The notes under the pieces are model-generated. The model did not search any database, was not told the DNA's origin, and worked only from the letters and a program-made list of their open reading frames with translations. A program made the translations under genes and the position numbers. Source: Octopus vulgaris (lineage: Eukaryota). From it: a DNA stretch of 64,000 nt. The stretch covers positions 11,036,001 to 11,100,000 of the forward strand of contig OX597818.1 in assembly GCA_951406725.2 (NCBI GenBank). The letters run 5' to 3'. Below are positions 1 through 13,001 of the stretch, in pieces (the stretch's first letter is position 1; each line of letters opens with the position of its first letter).

Positions 1-989
1 ATTTCTTCTAATAGTGGCTGCCTCTGATTCCATCTATTTCCTTATGAAGAATCAGTACTTACTATTTATTTAGCTATTATTTCACATTATAATATATGTG
101 AAGAAATCTTAATATAAACTTCATTGCAAGTTGTTTTATTCACTTGTTTATTGACTTAAGCCTCATTCTAATGTAAACCAAACCCCACCCATGCATGGGA
201 CATGCACTTCACCTTGAGAAATATTACCCTGTACAAAACAGCTCTGGAACCTCTACACAAACTAATAAGGGAAATTCTATTTAATTGATTAACAAGCTAA
301 AACAGTAACTAAATCTCACTCAAATCACAGCTTATTACTTAAAAGAAAACAAAAAGAAAAAAAAATGCATCAAGTTTTAATTTACTGGAGATTTACTGCA
401 TTAAAAAAAGAAAAGTACACTTCAGAAATTTGATATCTTGATGCAGTACTTCCTATTTTAACAAACCATGAGTTGTGGTTTCTTCTTCCTCCTTTTTAAC
501 TAGTCTTGGAGACTCACTGGAGTTCCCCCGCCCTTGCATAACATGTGTTACCTATGAGAATTTTGCATCTCTTCATGAGGTACATTTACGATATTGGTCT
601 CACTAGTCTCAGGGTTGTGAAGGGTAAGGGACACAATACCTTCTTCCAGAGTAATCAAATTAAAAGTAGCCATGTGTGTTGTTATCCTTCTTCCCTTGAT
701 TAAGCTATGAAAGGAAAAAATATCAGTCATCCTTGATATTCTTTAAAAGATGTTGTGGTCATTGCAAGCAATGCTTTTGGTCATGACAAGGAATGCCAGT
801 GGTCATCAGTTTTCTTGACATGGGGGTTAAACAGTAAGAAAATCAACAAAAATTAACTCTATTGACTTGACTCTGTTATCTTTGTTCTTCAGTTTAGAAG
901 AACTTTGTGAAGCTACTCTCACCAAACCTACTAACACCATGTACACTTGCCTCTGTGTCTGTATACACACATATACGCATGTATACTCT

Positions 990-1170
990 GCTGGAGTCCA
1001 CTCTGCTGGGTGCTTGGTGTTAGGAAGGACATCCAGCCATAAGAACTTGCCAAAACAGACACAGAAGTCTGGTGCAGTCTTCTGCTTGGTCAGCTCCTGT
1101 CAAACCATCTAACCCATGCCAGCATGGAAGGTGGACGTTAACCAATGATGGTGATGATGATAATGATATA
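990..1170 (+). mobile_element. RTE-type 3' tail fragment
   Basis: gtgttaggaaggacatccagccat...aacccatgccagcatggaaggtggacgttaa followed by (GAT)n. The same tail occurs at 24215-24500(-), 30820-31160(-), 42970-43190(-) and 53690-53932(+). Confidence 0.7.
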
Positions 1171-1184
1171 TATAATATGTATGT

Positions 1185-1578
1185 TTTTATGAATGGATGA
1201 GGACAGTTGCATAACGAAATGCCAAGTGCTTAACATTAAAGGAAGTTGTGGAAGAGGAAAACCTAGGAAAACATGGGATGAAGTATTAAAGGATGATCTC
1301 AAAATGCTGAGCCTTACAAAGGAAGTGACAGTGGACCAAGATATGTGGCACATTGCTGCAATCAATTGGTGTCGGTGCTGTTGCCACATAAAAGGCACTC
1401 AGTACACTCTGTAAAGCAGGTTGGCATTAGGAAGGGTATCCAGCCATAGGAACCAGACAGAAACAGATTATGGAACCAAGTGTGGCCCCTTGCCTTGCCA
1501 GATCTAGTCAAGCCATTTAACCTATACTGGCATAGAAAATGATATTAATTGCTGCTGCTGCTGATGATGATGATGATT
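1185..1578 (+). mobile_element. RTE-clade LINE 3' remnant
   Basis: MDEDSCITKCQVLNIKGSCGRGKPRKTWDEVLKDDLKMLSLTKEVTVDQDMW matches the RTE C-terminal GxxGRGRPRKTW...DL...W. It is followed by a 3' UTR (aggaagggtatccagcc...) and a (GAT)n tail. Confidence 0.8.
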
Positions 1579-2881
1579 GTGTGTGTGTGTGTGTGTGTGT
1601 ATGGAAATATGTGTGTATATATGTATTTGAGAATCACTAGTTTAACAGATTTGAATATGCAGGTGAAGACATCTCATGTTGTAGATCAACAGTTGCCTTT
1701 ATTCTTTTAAGAGATTAAATTGGCCATAGCAGAACAATAGAAGCACATATTGAAAAATCCAATTCTATAGAAATGGAAAGCAAAAGTTGAGTTTATTAAG
1801 AAAAACTACTCAGCAAATTTGAATTCATAAAACAAGAAAACTTTCGAACTGTATAAACAAATATCTTCTTGTGGTCATATGTACTTATGACAGCATATGT
1901 GTATGCACTTGCATATATACAATTTGTATAAACAAGTATGTTCTTGCCATTAGATATGTATATATCTTGATGTTGTTTGTGTTGCTTCAGAGAGAGAAAG
2001 AAAGAGAGTGTTTATCTGTCTCAGTGTTAAGATTGGCCCACCAGTACAGGTCAGATGCCAGATGCTTCCCTTGTTAATATTTGGTTGTTACTGCTTGAAT
2101 GCTCCATCAGGGGCTCAGGTGAGGAGTTGCTGAGCAGCTGCTGATTAGTCAGTTGTAGCCAATCAAAAAACTGTCAAACTTTGTATGTTGATTTTGGCAT
2201 CAATTTGTATTTGGAGAAGATTTTGGCCAATCAGGATGTATATTTGCAGTTTTGGCTATTCTCTGCTACATTTGCAGATTTTATCAAACAAAATCCCATT
2301 TAAGAGATCTGTAGTGCTGAACAAGGCCAAATTGAATGCTCACCATCGTTTTCAAGTACTTATATATGTGCAAGGTGAGAGAAAACAGAAGTATGGAAGG
2401 CCAGTGGTAGCAGAATATTCTACATGTATATAAAACACACATATACACACAAATGTAATCATTAATAAACAACAACACTATGCCGAGGAAGGTGTGGGAT
2501 GAAACAGTTCTTCAAAACATGTATTTTTGATCAGTCTGGCAACTTAGGCTAAATGTTTGCAGCTCTGTAAACTGCTAAAGGCACTCAAAGTTGAGATCGT
2601 GGTGACCCCACTCTCTAAGATGATGATAATAAGAATTCTTTGTAGGCATATGACAAAATGTTAAGGCTGCTCCATCGGATGGAAATTAGTGTGTTTACTG
2701 CTATATATCTTCTATCCTCTGGGCTGGAGGGAAAGAGGTTCAGTGATTGGAACTCATAATGCAGAAGGTAGATTGTCTAGTCGATTGTGCTACTTAAACC
2801 ACAAACAATAAATATTTCTTATATTGCGTTTTTGGATTTGGTTTGCAAGATTCTTTATATGAGTTTGTGTGTTGAAGCATA

Positions 2882-3042
2882 TTCTGTTGTGTCTGGGGAG
2901 AGTAACACACTCACCGGTAAAATTTCCACTTATTTCTTATTTTTTATTTATTTATTTTTTAAATTAGAAATAAGTGGAAATTTTACCAGTGAGTGTGTTA
3001 CATTATAAGGCACAAAAAGAAAATTTCCCAGACACAACAGAA
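2882..3042. repeat. Palindromic MITE-like element
   Basis: There are 36-bp inverted arms at 2902-2937 and 2966-3001 (1 mismatch), plus outer 16-bp arms at 2882-2897 and 3027-3042. Confidence 0.85.
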
Positions 3043-3651
3043 ATTCTTATATTATTTTTGTCTCTTCATTTGCCACCCTCTTCATTTAGTCCTAACAGTC
3101 AGGTCCCCAAGCTCTCCCACCATCACCATCTTCATCATCAGCAGCAGCAAATCTAGACATTTCATTATGATTTTGTCATATTTTGTGGTTTACTTACTTT
3201 GTTATCACTGTCATCTTATAACTGAATACAGACGCTTTCCTGCTTGCACACAAGCCATCACTATCAACAGCAACAGTAACCATCATCCTAGTGGCCAACA
3301 CTATCATAATCAATCATCAATATTATCTCCACTATATGTGTGTACACACACAGATAGATAGACAAATATTTATGTGTGTATATATGTGTGTGTGTGTATG
3401 TGCATGTATGAATATGTGTGTATATACATAAGTGTGGGGAGAAAATTTATTTAGGGGGTACAAACCCAGATCCAAGGTAGGATGTTCAAAGTATTTTCAT
3501 TACTCGCCCAAAATTTTAGGAGGTGTTCTTGCTTCCTGTGCACCTCCTGTTCCTGGGCCTATGTGGTGTTTATTATATGTATGTCTATATATGATTATAC
3601 TTATATGTATGTGTGTGTATATATATACACCGGAGTAAGCACATAAACAAA

Positions 3652-3703
3652 ACAAAAACTGTGTGACGAACAGGAACGTGAAACTCCGAGTAACAGTTTT
3701 TGT
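3652..3703 (+). ncRNA. Hammerhead ribozyme motif, one core mutation
   Basis: An 11-bp stem I (acaaaaactgt/acagtttttgt) encloses GTGACGA-acaggaacgt-GAAAC-tccga-GTA. Core C3 is changed to G. Confidence 0.7.
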
Positions 3704-3749
3704 GATATTTTTGCTGCTTTTCAATAGGATATATATATATATATATATA

Positions 3750-3993
3750 CCGGAATAAACACATAAATGTGAAACAAGGTGGAAAAAAGAGTACTCAAAT
3801 ACCAGGGGTAGAGTAATATGCTTTATTTAAAAGCAGCAGAAATTCAACAAAACCTGTTACTCGGAGTTTCACGTTCCCATTCATCGGACAGTTTTTGTTG
3901 ACAAAAACTGCTTTTAAATAAAGCATATTACTCTACCCCTGGTATTTGAGTACTCTTTTTCCACCTTGTTTCACATTTATGTGTTTACTCCGG
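3750..3993. repeat. Fold-back element with about 86-bp inverted arms enclosing a hammerhead
   Basis: 3750-3836 is a near-perfect reverse complement of 3908-3993, with (TA)n on both sides. Confidence 0.9.
3845..3900 (-). ncRNA. Hammerhead ribozyme motif, same family as 3652-3703
   Basis: The minus strand reads caacaaaaactgt-CCGATGA-atgggaacgt-GAAAC-tccga-GTA-acaggttttgttg. Core U4 is changed to C. Confidence 0.7.
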
Positions 3994-3998
3994 TATAC

Positions 3999-4085
<87 letters not shown>

Positions 4086-4634
4086 TGTACATATATCTCT
4101 ATGTATGTGTGTGTGTGTGCCCCCAATAAGTTTTTGTAAGTCAGAAAACAAGAGTCACATACATATTAGGGAATTCAGTGGTATATTATTATTTATATCT
4201 GTTATGAGACTATAATATTATACAAATATAAATAACAATAATGTGCGTGCATGTGTGTGTGTGTCTGTCTATAAGACCTCTTATGATTTTATGCATTCAT
4301 TAATATTTGTATACCTATTTGTGAGCATATACCACTCAAGTTTTCGTGTGTGTGTGCGTGCGTGTGTGTGCGCGTATGTGGTGTGTGCTCATCTCCCTGA
4401 ACAGCTGGAGTTAACAGCAGGCTACAGACTTACAAGTTGTCACAAAGACCAGTTGGCCTTCTCGCAACTGGTTTGTTATTTAAACATGTTTATTTGACAT
4501 TTTACATCTACCTGGTTTTATGCGGTATGGAGTGCATCAAAATACTACAATAAAATAACAATCTTTGCCTAAAACTGAATTGGGTTGATAACTTACTTAG
4601 TAAGCATTTCTCTCGTTCTCTCTCTATCTCACTA

Positions 4635-4676
<42 letters not shown>

Positions 4677-4715
4677 CATATTGACATACATTTATATATA
4701 TATATAAATGTATGT

Positions 4716-4749
<34 letters not shown>

Positions 4750-5189
4750 TTATATAGTTTACTGTTCTGTTAAGGTAGGATCAGCAATGATGTACTCCAT
4801 CCAGTGAGAGATATATACCATTTAATGTGTACTGTATTAAAATAGGAGCTATTAATAGTTTCTTGCCATAAAGACATGTGGTTAGCAGGTTTTGTCCATT
4901 TGTAATATTACTCTGCATTTGCTCACTCTCTTGCCAGTAAATACCTAGTTGCCATAACTCCCTACCACTTCTGTCTCTCTTAAATTACTCTCCCCTCTCC
5001 TACTCTCTTAACCCAGTCACTCTACTACCATCATGCTATCAGATTTTTCACCCTCTCAGCTTTATTCCTCTTCTGTCATTCCCCTCACTTCTATTAACCT
5101 CTGTTGGTCATGTTGCCTTAGTTTTATCAGCCACAAAACCATCTTATATCTATCTGTATACATATCTATAAAGAGTAAAAGGTAAACAC

Positions 5190-5475
5190 TCTCCTTAGTC
5201 ATGAATGATCATGGATTACACCTAAAAAGTTACCCTCTGAGGCCTAAGTCTGGGCAAGTTTGTTTATGGAAGACCAGTAGTGCATACCAGTAGTGCATAC
5301 CAGGCTCCTCTCTCCACACCATCGATGTTATCCAAAGGAAAGGCAAAGGCCGATACAGCTTGGCACCAGTGACATCACAACTCACTTCTATAGCTGAATG
5401 AACTGGAACAATGTGAAATAAAGTGTCTTGCTCAAGAACACAACACACAGCTTGGTCCTGGAATCGAACTCCTGT
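5190..5475 (-). mobile_element. SINE family D
   Basis: Revcomp homology to 33066-33345 (ggaagacc...catacc...ctcctc...gttatccaaaggaaag...cttggcacc) and a B-box gttcgattcc on the minus strand. Confidence 0.75.
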
Positions 5476-5795
5476 GTATGTTTGTCTCTGCATATCGTGG
5501 TCCTACATGCAATGACCAGTACATTAAAATAACTTTCTTTAAAATTAAGGTTTGGCATCAGTAGGAGCAAACAACCGTAGAATACTGCTTCCAGAAGACT
5601 TGCCCAGTGGATGTGATCATGGGAAAGATGATGATTATATATACATACCTATATATGTCATCTTCTTCCATTTATGGGAGGAGCCCTTGACTTTCATCCC
5701 CCATGTATGTGTTTGCTTTCTCATTGGTAACACTTATCCCTGCATATATGCATAAATGTAATTCTTTTCCCAAGTAAATTTCACTTCATCTTCAA

Positions 5796-5876
5796 GGCTC
5801 TGATGAAGCTATAAAGTGTTATTCAGGCACTCAACTATGAGTCCACTACATCTTATAGTAGAAACAGCTGTAAGCT
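5796..5876 (+). ncRNA. Type I hammerhead ribozyme motif (Penelope/retrozyme type)
   Basis: GGCT|CTGATGA (5800-5806)|stem II gctataa...ttatagt|GAAAC (5861-5865)-AGCT-GTA (5870-5872)|AGCT. The core is intact, stem III is palindromic (ACAGCTGT) and stem I is 4 bp. Confidence 0.8.
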
Positions 5877-6518
5877 AATGAATTACATAAGATAATTGTT
5901 TATTCCTTTATCATCTCATTTTCTTATACAGACACACACACACACACACACACAGATGTATACACTTAGGCACATATAATACATACACATACAATAAATA
6001 CAGGGTATCCTTACAGTACCCGTAATATCTCATGAGACAGTCTGATAAATCATTGCCAGCAGGCATTTCAAAGTCATAATCACTTTGTATTACTTTCTTC
6101 TAAATAAACCCTCCTCTTGTATTTTTCCTTTGACTGTTAGCTATTGTTTTAAGTAAATTTTAAAAATCACCAGCTTAAATACAGGCACATGCACTCACAC
6201 ATCCACTCATACATGCACACATGTATATGTGTGTATACATTTGCTTGTATATATGCACTTATATATCTAATAGGACAGGTAGAAACCCCATATGGTTTGC
6301 ATTAGCAAAAATTATACAACGAATATTATGGGTGTAGTTAATTTCACATGTCATGGGGAAATGAAGAATCAGACATTTTGGAGCTCTCCCTGTCTGAGAA
6401 AAGTTAGAAAATTAATTTTTTTGTCTCTCACACAAAGGAATAGTTTTCAAATGCTAGATTACTCATCTCTTCGGGGCACACAAACCTTATTTAATCTTGT
6501 GAATAAGTTATTTGAACA

Positions 6519-6551
<33 letters not shown>

Positions 6552-6554
<3 letters not shown>

Positions 6555-6754
6555 TGTTTCAGTCATTAGACTGCAGCCATACAGTGGCACCACTTTGAAG
6601 AATGTTAGTTGAGCAAATCAACCCAAGTACTTTTTTCTTTGTAAAATCTGGTACTTGTTCTATTGGTCTCTTATGCTGAACTTCCAAGTCACAGGTACAT
6701 AAATGCACCAACATTGGTTGTCAACCGGTGGTAGGGGACAAACACATGCACAAA

Positions 6755-6809
<55 letters not shown>

Positions 6810-6971
6810 GACAAGCTTTTTTCAGTTTCTATCTACCAAATCCATTCACAAGACTTTGGCCAGCCCAAGGCAATAGATGAAGACACTTGCCTAAGGTGCC
6901 ACGCAGTGGGGCTGAACTTGGAACAATATTGTTGAGAAGTAAACTTCTTACCACACAGCTGTGCCTGCACC
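6552..6971 (-). mobile_element. SINE family A
   Basis: Reverse-complement homology to 12600-13001. Confidence 0.85.
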
Positions 6972-6989
6972 TATATATATATATATATA

Positions 6990-7300
6990 TATGTATGCAT
7001 TGTACATGGACAGGATGCCGAATGCACTTTTGCCCAAGAAGCTGAATGGACACAATGCCAAGTGGACATGAAGCCAAAGAGACAAGATGCTGAAAAGACA
7101 TACGAAAATTAAAATATATGATAATCGTTTTATTCCTGCAATATGACAATTTAACAAACTAAAATGGTCATTAAACTATGTAGGTAGGAATGTTTTTTTT
7201 TTTTATTGTGTCCATTCAGCTTCTTAACTTCAGTTTCTTGTCCTTCAGCAGAAGTGCATTCAGTATCCTGTCCACATCCTGCGTGGTATGCATACATATA
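6990..7300. repeat. Imperfect fold-back element
   Basis: tggacaggatgccgaatgcact...aagaagctgaatggacacaat (about 7007-7056) is mirrored at about 7205-7275 with indels. Confidence 0.7.
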
Positions 7301-8429
7301 ATTACATTTATATCTCAGATTCTCTTCTGATCACTACACTGAAAATTCACTACTTAATTAAGTAACATGTTAAGTGCTTGTGCCCTGGACTCAGTTCTCA
7401 GGATAAGTCTGCTTTGTACAATACCAAAAGGCCAAACCTTTCAATTATGTTACATTCCATAGAAGAAAGGGAATGTGAGAGAAGCATCAAACCCATTAGT
7501 AAAACTGGTACTTTGACCCTGAAAGGTGAAGTTGACCACAGCAGGGTTTGAACTCTGACAATCAGAATAGTTAGTGTATAGAATTCTATATATGACATTG
7601 TAACCATACTGCCAACTCAACACTTATATACATTCCTACGTACATACATGCTGACATCGCTCACATACACATAGCTTAGTAAGTTTGAATTTCAAGAAAG
7701 ATTTTCTGCTCTCTTACTTATTCCCCATTCCTACACTCACTGTTACTTTCTCCAAGGCTTGAAGAGTTGGGAGACTCAGAAAGAATGTGTGTATGTGTGT
7801 GTTGACCCAAGAGAGAGTAATTTGAGACAAACGTCATTGGATTATAATGAACTTTTGAGAAAATTAATTTGGGAATTAATTAAAGAATTGAGATTGTAAA
7901 CTGAAAACAGTTAAATGCGTATGCATGTATAAATATATACTTGTGTATGAATATGTTTTCATCAGAATATGTGTGTGTGTGTGTGTGTGTGTATACACAA
8001 ATACAAACACCTGCATAGTGTGTGTGTGTATATATATATATACACACGCACACATGCATATATGCAATTAAGATTGGACAAGAAATCTTTAATAATGTAC
8101 ATGTTTGTATATGTATGCAAATGTGAGTTTATGCATGTTTATTAGCGTATGTGTAGATATATGTATGTATATTTCTTTGGGATGTCAAAATTGTTTATTT
8201 GCATGTGTGGATGTATGTGTGTTTATGTGACAAAAATTAGTGTGTGTGTGTGTATGCGTATATATGTGATGTGCTTGTTTGTATCTATATATTTGAGTGT
8301 ATGCATGTTATATATGTCATTATGCAATCATTTGGATTTGTGTGTGAATATTTGGGTTTGTGTGTGTAGATGGAGCTCCTCTATAATGGTAGAAAAATGT
8401 GAACGTCTTTATACTGTTAAGCATATGTG

Positions 8430-8461
<32 letters not shown>

Positions 8462-8799
8462 CATGCCCGTTTGTTTGTGCCTGTTTTTCTACCTGTATGT
8501 ATATTTACTTGTGTGCGTATGTGTGTATAAACATGTTTGTTTTCATATATGGTTCTGTGTATGTGTTTGCACACTTGTTTTTGCATGCATGTATATTTGT
8601 GTGCGTGTGTACACATTCTCTGCATGTGTACATCTATGGACATACAAAATATGTGCGTAATGCGTTGTGTTTGTTGTGTCAGGGAGAAACGAAAACTATT
8701 ATTTAGACTGATTACGAGCTGATTATTCAATTAGTATTCTGTAATTTAACTGGAATAATTGTATTAATTACTATGAAGAAATAATACTATTATTACTAT

Positions 8800-8905
8800 T
8801 GATAGTGGTGATGATGGTGGTGGCAGTAGTAGTAGTAGTAACAGTGGTGGTGGTGGTGGTGGTGGTGGTAGTAGTAGTAGTAGTGGTGGTGGTGGTGGCA
8901 GTAGT
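8800..8905. repeat. (GTG)n/(GTA)n microsatellite
   Basis: Direct reading. Confidence 0.95.
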
Positions 8906-9060
8906 GTTTTATTACAAAGGCATCAGGTCGCAAATTTGTAGGAAGGAAGCAGTCACTTACATCGGCCTCCGTTGTATGACTGGTACTTTTTATAAACCCC
9001 AGAAGGATGAAAAGCAAAGCTGACGTTGGTGAGATTTAAACTTAGAATGTAAAGGGCAAT

Positions 9061-9448
9061 AACTCTTTTACTTGTTTCAATCATTTGACTACGGCCATGC
9101 TGGAGCACCGCCTTTAGTCGAGCAAATCGACCCCGGGACTTATTCTTTGTAAGCCCAGTACTTATTCTATTGGTCTCTTTTGCCGAACCGCTAAGTGACG
9201 GGGACGTAAACACACCAGCATCGGCTGTCAAGCAATGCTAGGGGGACAAACACAGACACACAAACACACACACATATATATATATATATATACATATATA
9301 CGACAGGCTTCTTTCAGTTTCTCACAAGGCATTGGTCGGCCCGGGGCTATAGCAGAAGACACTTGCCCAAGATGCCACGCAGTGGGACTGAACCCGGAAC
9401 CATGTGGTTGGTTAGCAAGCTACTTACCACACAGCCACTCCTGCACCT
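9061..9448 (-). mobile_element. SINE family A (CpG-rich, young-looking)
   Basis: Reverse-complement homology to 12600-13001, with many CpGs retained. Confidence 0.88.
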
Positions 9449-10733
9449 ATACTGAATATTGCGCCTAACTGAATATTGCCTTCAAATTTTGGCTCAAGGC
9501 CAGCAATTTCAGTGGATGGAGCTAAGTCAGTTACATTGACTCCAATACTCAACTGGTACTTATTTTATCAACTCTGAAAGGATGAAAGGCAAAGCTGACC
9601 TCAGCAGAATTTGAACTCAAAATGTAGCAATGGATGAAATGCCACTGAGCTACCGGTTCCGCCAGCTTGCCACTTTATGCAATAACTAAATATTGCAATG
9701 CATTTTCTTCAACTCTCTATTGTTTCTTCTAATCCCCAAATATACTTGTTCTAATCCACCATATGATACAAAGAAACATGTGGGGCCAGACAAGAATTTA
9801 ATTACAGTACGGAAAATGGTTAAAAGGTGATTGGCAGCTGCTGAAAATGTTACCCTCTTTCTTCTGTTTATTTATTTTTTCAGTAACAGTAATAATAATT
9901 ACCTAATTACCATACTAATTATGAAAACAATATTAATGAATAAAATGTTGATGATGATAATGTTGTTGTTTAGCAACAGGCCAACTCTGGTTGGGTAAGA
10001 CCTGTTATCAAAGACATTCCAGATATGACCATTCCATCATTTTAGGGATATGGGAGAATGTATTATTCAGTGTGTCCTTCCCTTTCCCAAGATGATATAC
10101 TATGATTTGAAAGCAATTTGGTTGATATGAATGACCTCATGGAGGTTGTCTTGATTGGTTGTTGATGACAATGTTGATTACAGTGGTTGTGATGTCAGTG
10201 ACAACAATGAAGGTTGTAATGTAATTATGACTCAACTGTGTCTTTTCTGAGTTGCTATTTACATGACAAAATTATAAGTCTATCAAATGTTTTTCTAGGT
10301 TAGCATTATTTACATCATGTGACTGTTGACCAATTAGATATTTTGTATCACTGCATCATATAATTCCTTTGATGCCCAGTCTTACGCCAGCCCCATCTGA
10401 ATTAATTTATAAACAATTGTATTCCAACTATAACTGTTCTATGTTTTTGTATATAATTATTCAGTGCTTTCTCCTTTATTTAAGAGAATAGGGTGTATTT
10501 TGTGGGGATTGGACTATTATTTTAACTTGCTAGAAACACTAGCTAAGACTCCCTCAAATTCACAATCTAACACCTTAAGAAAAGAACAACATATAATTTA
10601 TTCCATATACATCATATACGAAAAACGATTTGATGCATACCCATTACTAAGAGGGTGTACTGGATGGCACTGCCAATTCACTATTCAATGATGCACCCTT
10701 AGATTTACTCTACTTTAGTATTACTACAAATTA

Positions 10734-11244
10734 CTGTAAATCCTCAAGTATAGTCTGCCCTTGAGTATAATACACAGGGGATTTTTAGGGGGCTGTACCT
10801 CTGAAAAACCTAAACTTTGTATATAATATGTACCCCTTCTCTAACTTGAGTCAAGGAGTTCTATATAACGTCTTTGGTTTGTAAAAATGTATACGATAAC
10901 GTCCTTTATTATTACTGTGCATATAACATAATGCAAACATGTAACTTTTTTGTGCATTTTGTTTGCAGAAAATAAAGAAATAACAGTAATAATGTTTAAT
11001 AAATGTTGCTTATTGCAAATTATGGATGATTCTTTTATGACTTCATAGTTTTCAGGCTTAGCTTAAAGTATTTTCGCACCCGACATCACAAAATGTGTCT
11101 GAATAAACATAGCCAGACAGCAAATAGAGACTCGAACATTGCTTAGAAAATAATTTTCATTTTTAACCTTGTATATAATACGCACTAGGGATTTTGACCT
11201 TTAAATTTTGGGGAAAAATGCGGATTATACTCAAGGATTTACGG
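10734..11244. mobile_element. Tc1/mariner-superfamily MITE
   Basis: TIRs are ctgtaaatcctcaagtatagtctgc and gcggattatactcaaggatttacgg, with a TA duplication at 10732-10733 and 11245-11246. Confidence 0.85.
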
Positions 11245-11747
11245 TAGTTTCACCCAGAATATTCTGAAGTACCCACAAGCACCTAAGTCTGCTTATGGGC
11301 CTGATTTGGTGGTTATGGCTAAAATGCCTCTGACCACAGTACTAGATCAAGATTGGCCAAAGACTAAACAACCATTGCACAAACCAATGTGTCTATGTTA
11401 TTGTTTAACTGGTTTGCTCATCGTAATACAAATATTGAGCAAATCTTTCTCGAATCATACATTCCACCATCTTAAAAATATGTCACATTTTATTTGGTAG
11501 TCAGTCTGAAATCTCAATGTATCTGAAAACATGGAGTGATCATGTTTAGAATGTCTTTGAGTAGCAGTCTACTTCATTAAGTTGTCCTGGTGTTAAACAA
11601 CAACTCATGCACACACATACACACAGGGCCTTTGTCTGTCTGTTTGTCTGTATCTCTCTAATTCTATCTGTCTATTTATCTACCTATGTACTTACTTATT
11701 TATCCATCTATCCATCTGCCTGTTTGTCTGTCTGTCTCCCTCTTTTA

Positions 11748-11781
<34 letters not shown>

Positions 11782-12070
11782 ATAAATTTGAATAAGTAAA
11801 TAGATCCTAATTTGATTCAACAATATGTTTTCCAGTTTTTCAAACAACTTAACTCCCTTGATATTATGCTCACACAAAACCTGTATAATATAATATGTGG
11901 CACGGTTCAGTAGGCTTCTGCGCAGTTTCCTTCTAAGCGCAATGTCACACTTTTGGATTATATTCAACCCCTCATGATTGTGAAGTGGACTTCTAAAGTG
12001 TTTGGCCATGCTGTCTTCACCTCATGAATATACACATACATATATACTCCCACACAGATACACATACATA

Positions 12071-12282
12071 CAAGGGGGTTCTGAAAAGTTCCTGGCTTTG
12101 GGTAAAAGAAAATACAGGAGGATCAGTTAATTATGATTTTATGCAACATATTTCCCTCTCAGATTCATGCATTTATTGCAGCAGTTTTTTTTCTAAGTCC
12201 TGTAAAATAACTCAGAAGTTTGGGCTTCCAACCTGGCCTTTCGCAATACCCTTAAATCCTGGAATTTTTCAGTACTCCCTTG
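12071..12282. mobile_element. Mariner-type MITE
   Basis: It has about 28-bp imperfect TIRs, caagggggttctgaaaagttcctggctt versus revcomp caagggagtactgaaaaattccaggatt. TA lies on the left and CA on the right. Confidence 0.75.
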
Positions 12283-12599
12283 CATAAACATGCACACACA
12301 TACACACGCATACACACACACACACACACACGGACATGCACACATAAGATACAGACACATTACATACGCAAATACATGTACATACATGCAAACACTAATG
12401 TATAAATATGCATACAAACAAACACATGCATATACACTCCTACATAAACACATTCACATACACACTCACACAGTTATACATATTTACTAATACACATGTT
12501 CTCACACAAACACACACCTATAGAGCTGCCCTCCACATGAATATATTGACATAACTTTATTTCTACACAAATACATGCTCTTACACAAACATACACATA

Positions 12600-13001
12600 G
12601 GCACAGGAGTGGCTATGTGGTAAGTAGCTTGCTTACCAACCACATGGTTCCAGGTTCATTCCTACTGCGTGGCACCTTGGGCAAGTGTCTTCGACTATAG
12701 CCTTGGGCCGACCAAGGCCTTGTGAGTGGATTTGGTGGACGGAAACTGAAAAAAGCCCATCGTATATATGTAAATATATCTATATATAAATGTATGTTTG
12801 TGTGTCTGTGTTTGTCCCCCCAACATTACTTGATAACCGATTGTGGTGTGTTTATGTCCCCGTAACTTAGTGGTTCGGCAAAAGAGACCGATAGAATAAG
12901 TACTTGGCTTACAAAGAATAAGTCCTGGGGTCGATTTGCTCAACTAAAGGTGGTGCTCCAGCATGGCTGCCGTCAAATGACTGAAACAAGTAAAAGAGTA
13001 A
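12600..13001 (+). mobile_element. tRNA-derived SINE family A, full length
   Basis: It has an A-box (tggctatgtgg), a B-box-like ggttcattcc, a CORE-like ccttgggcaagt and an internal TA/TG tract. The tail is ...ctccagcatggc...atgactgaaacaagtaaaagag. Many near-identical copies occur in the window. Confidence 0.88.
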
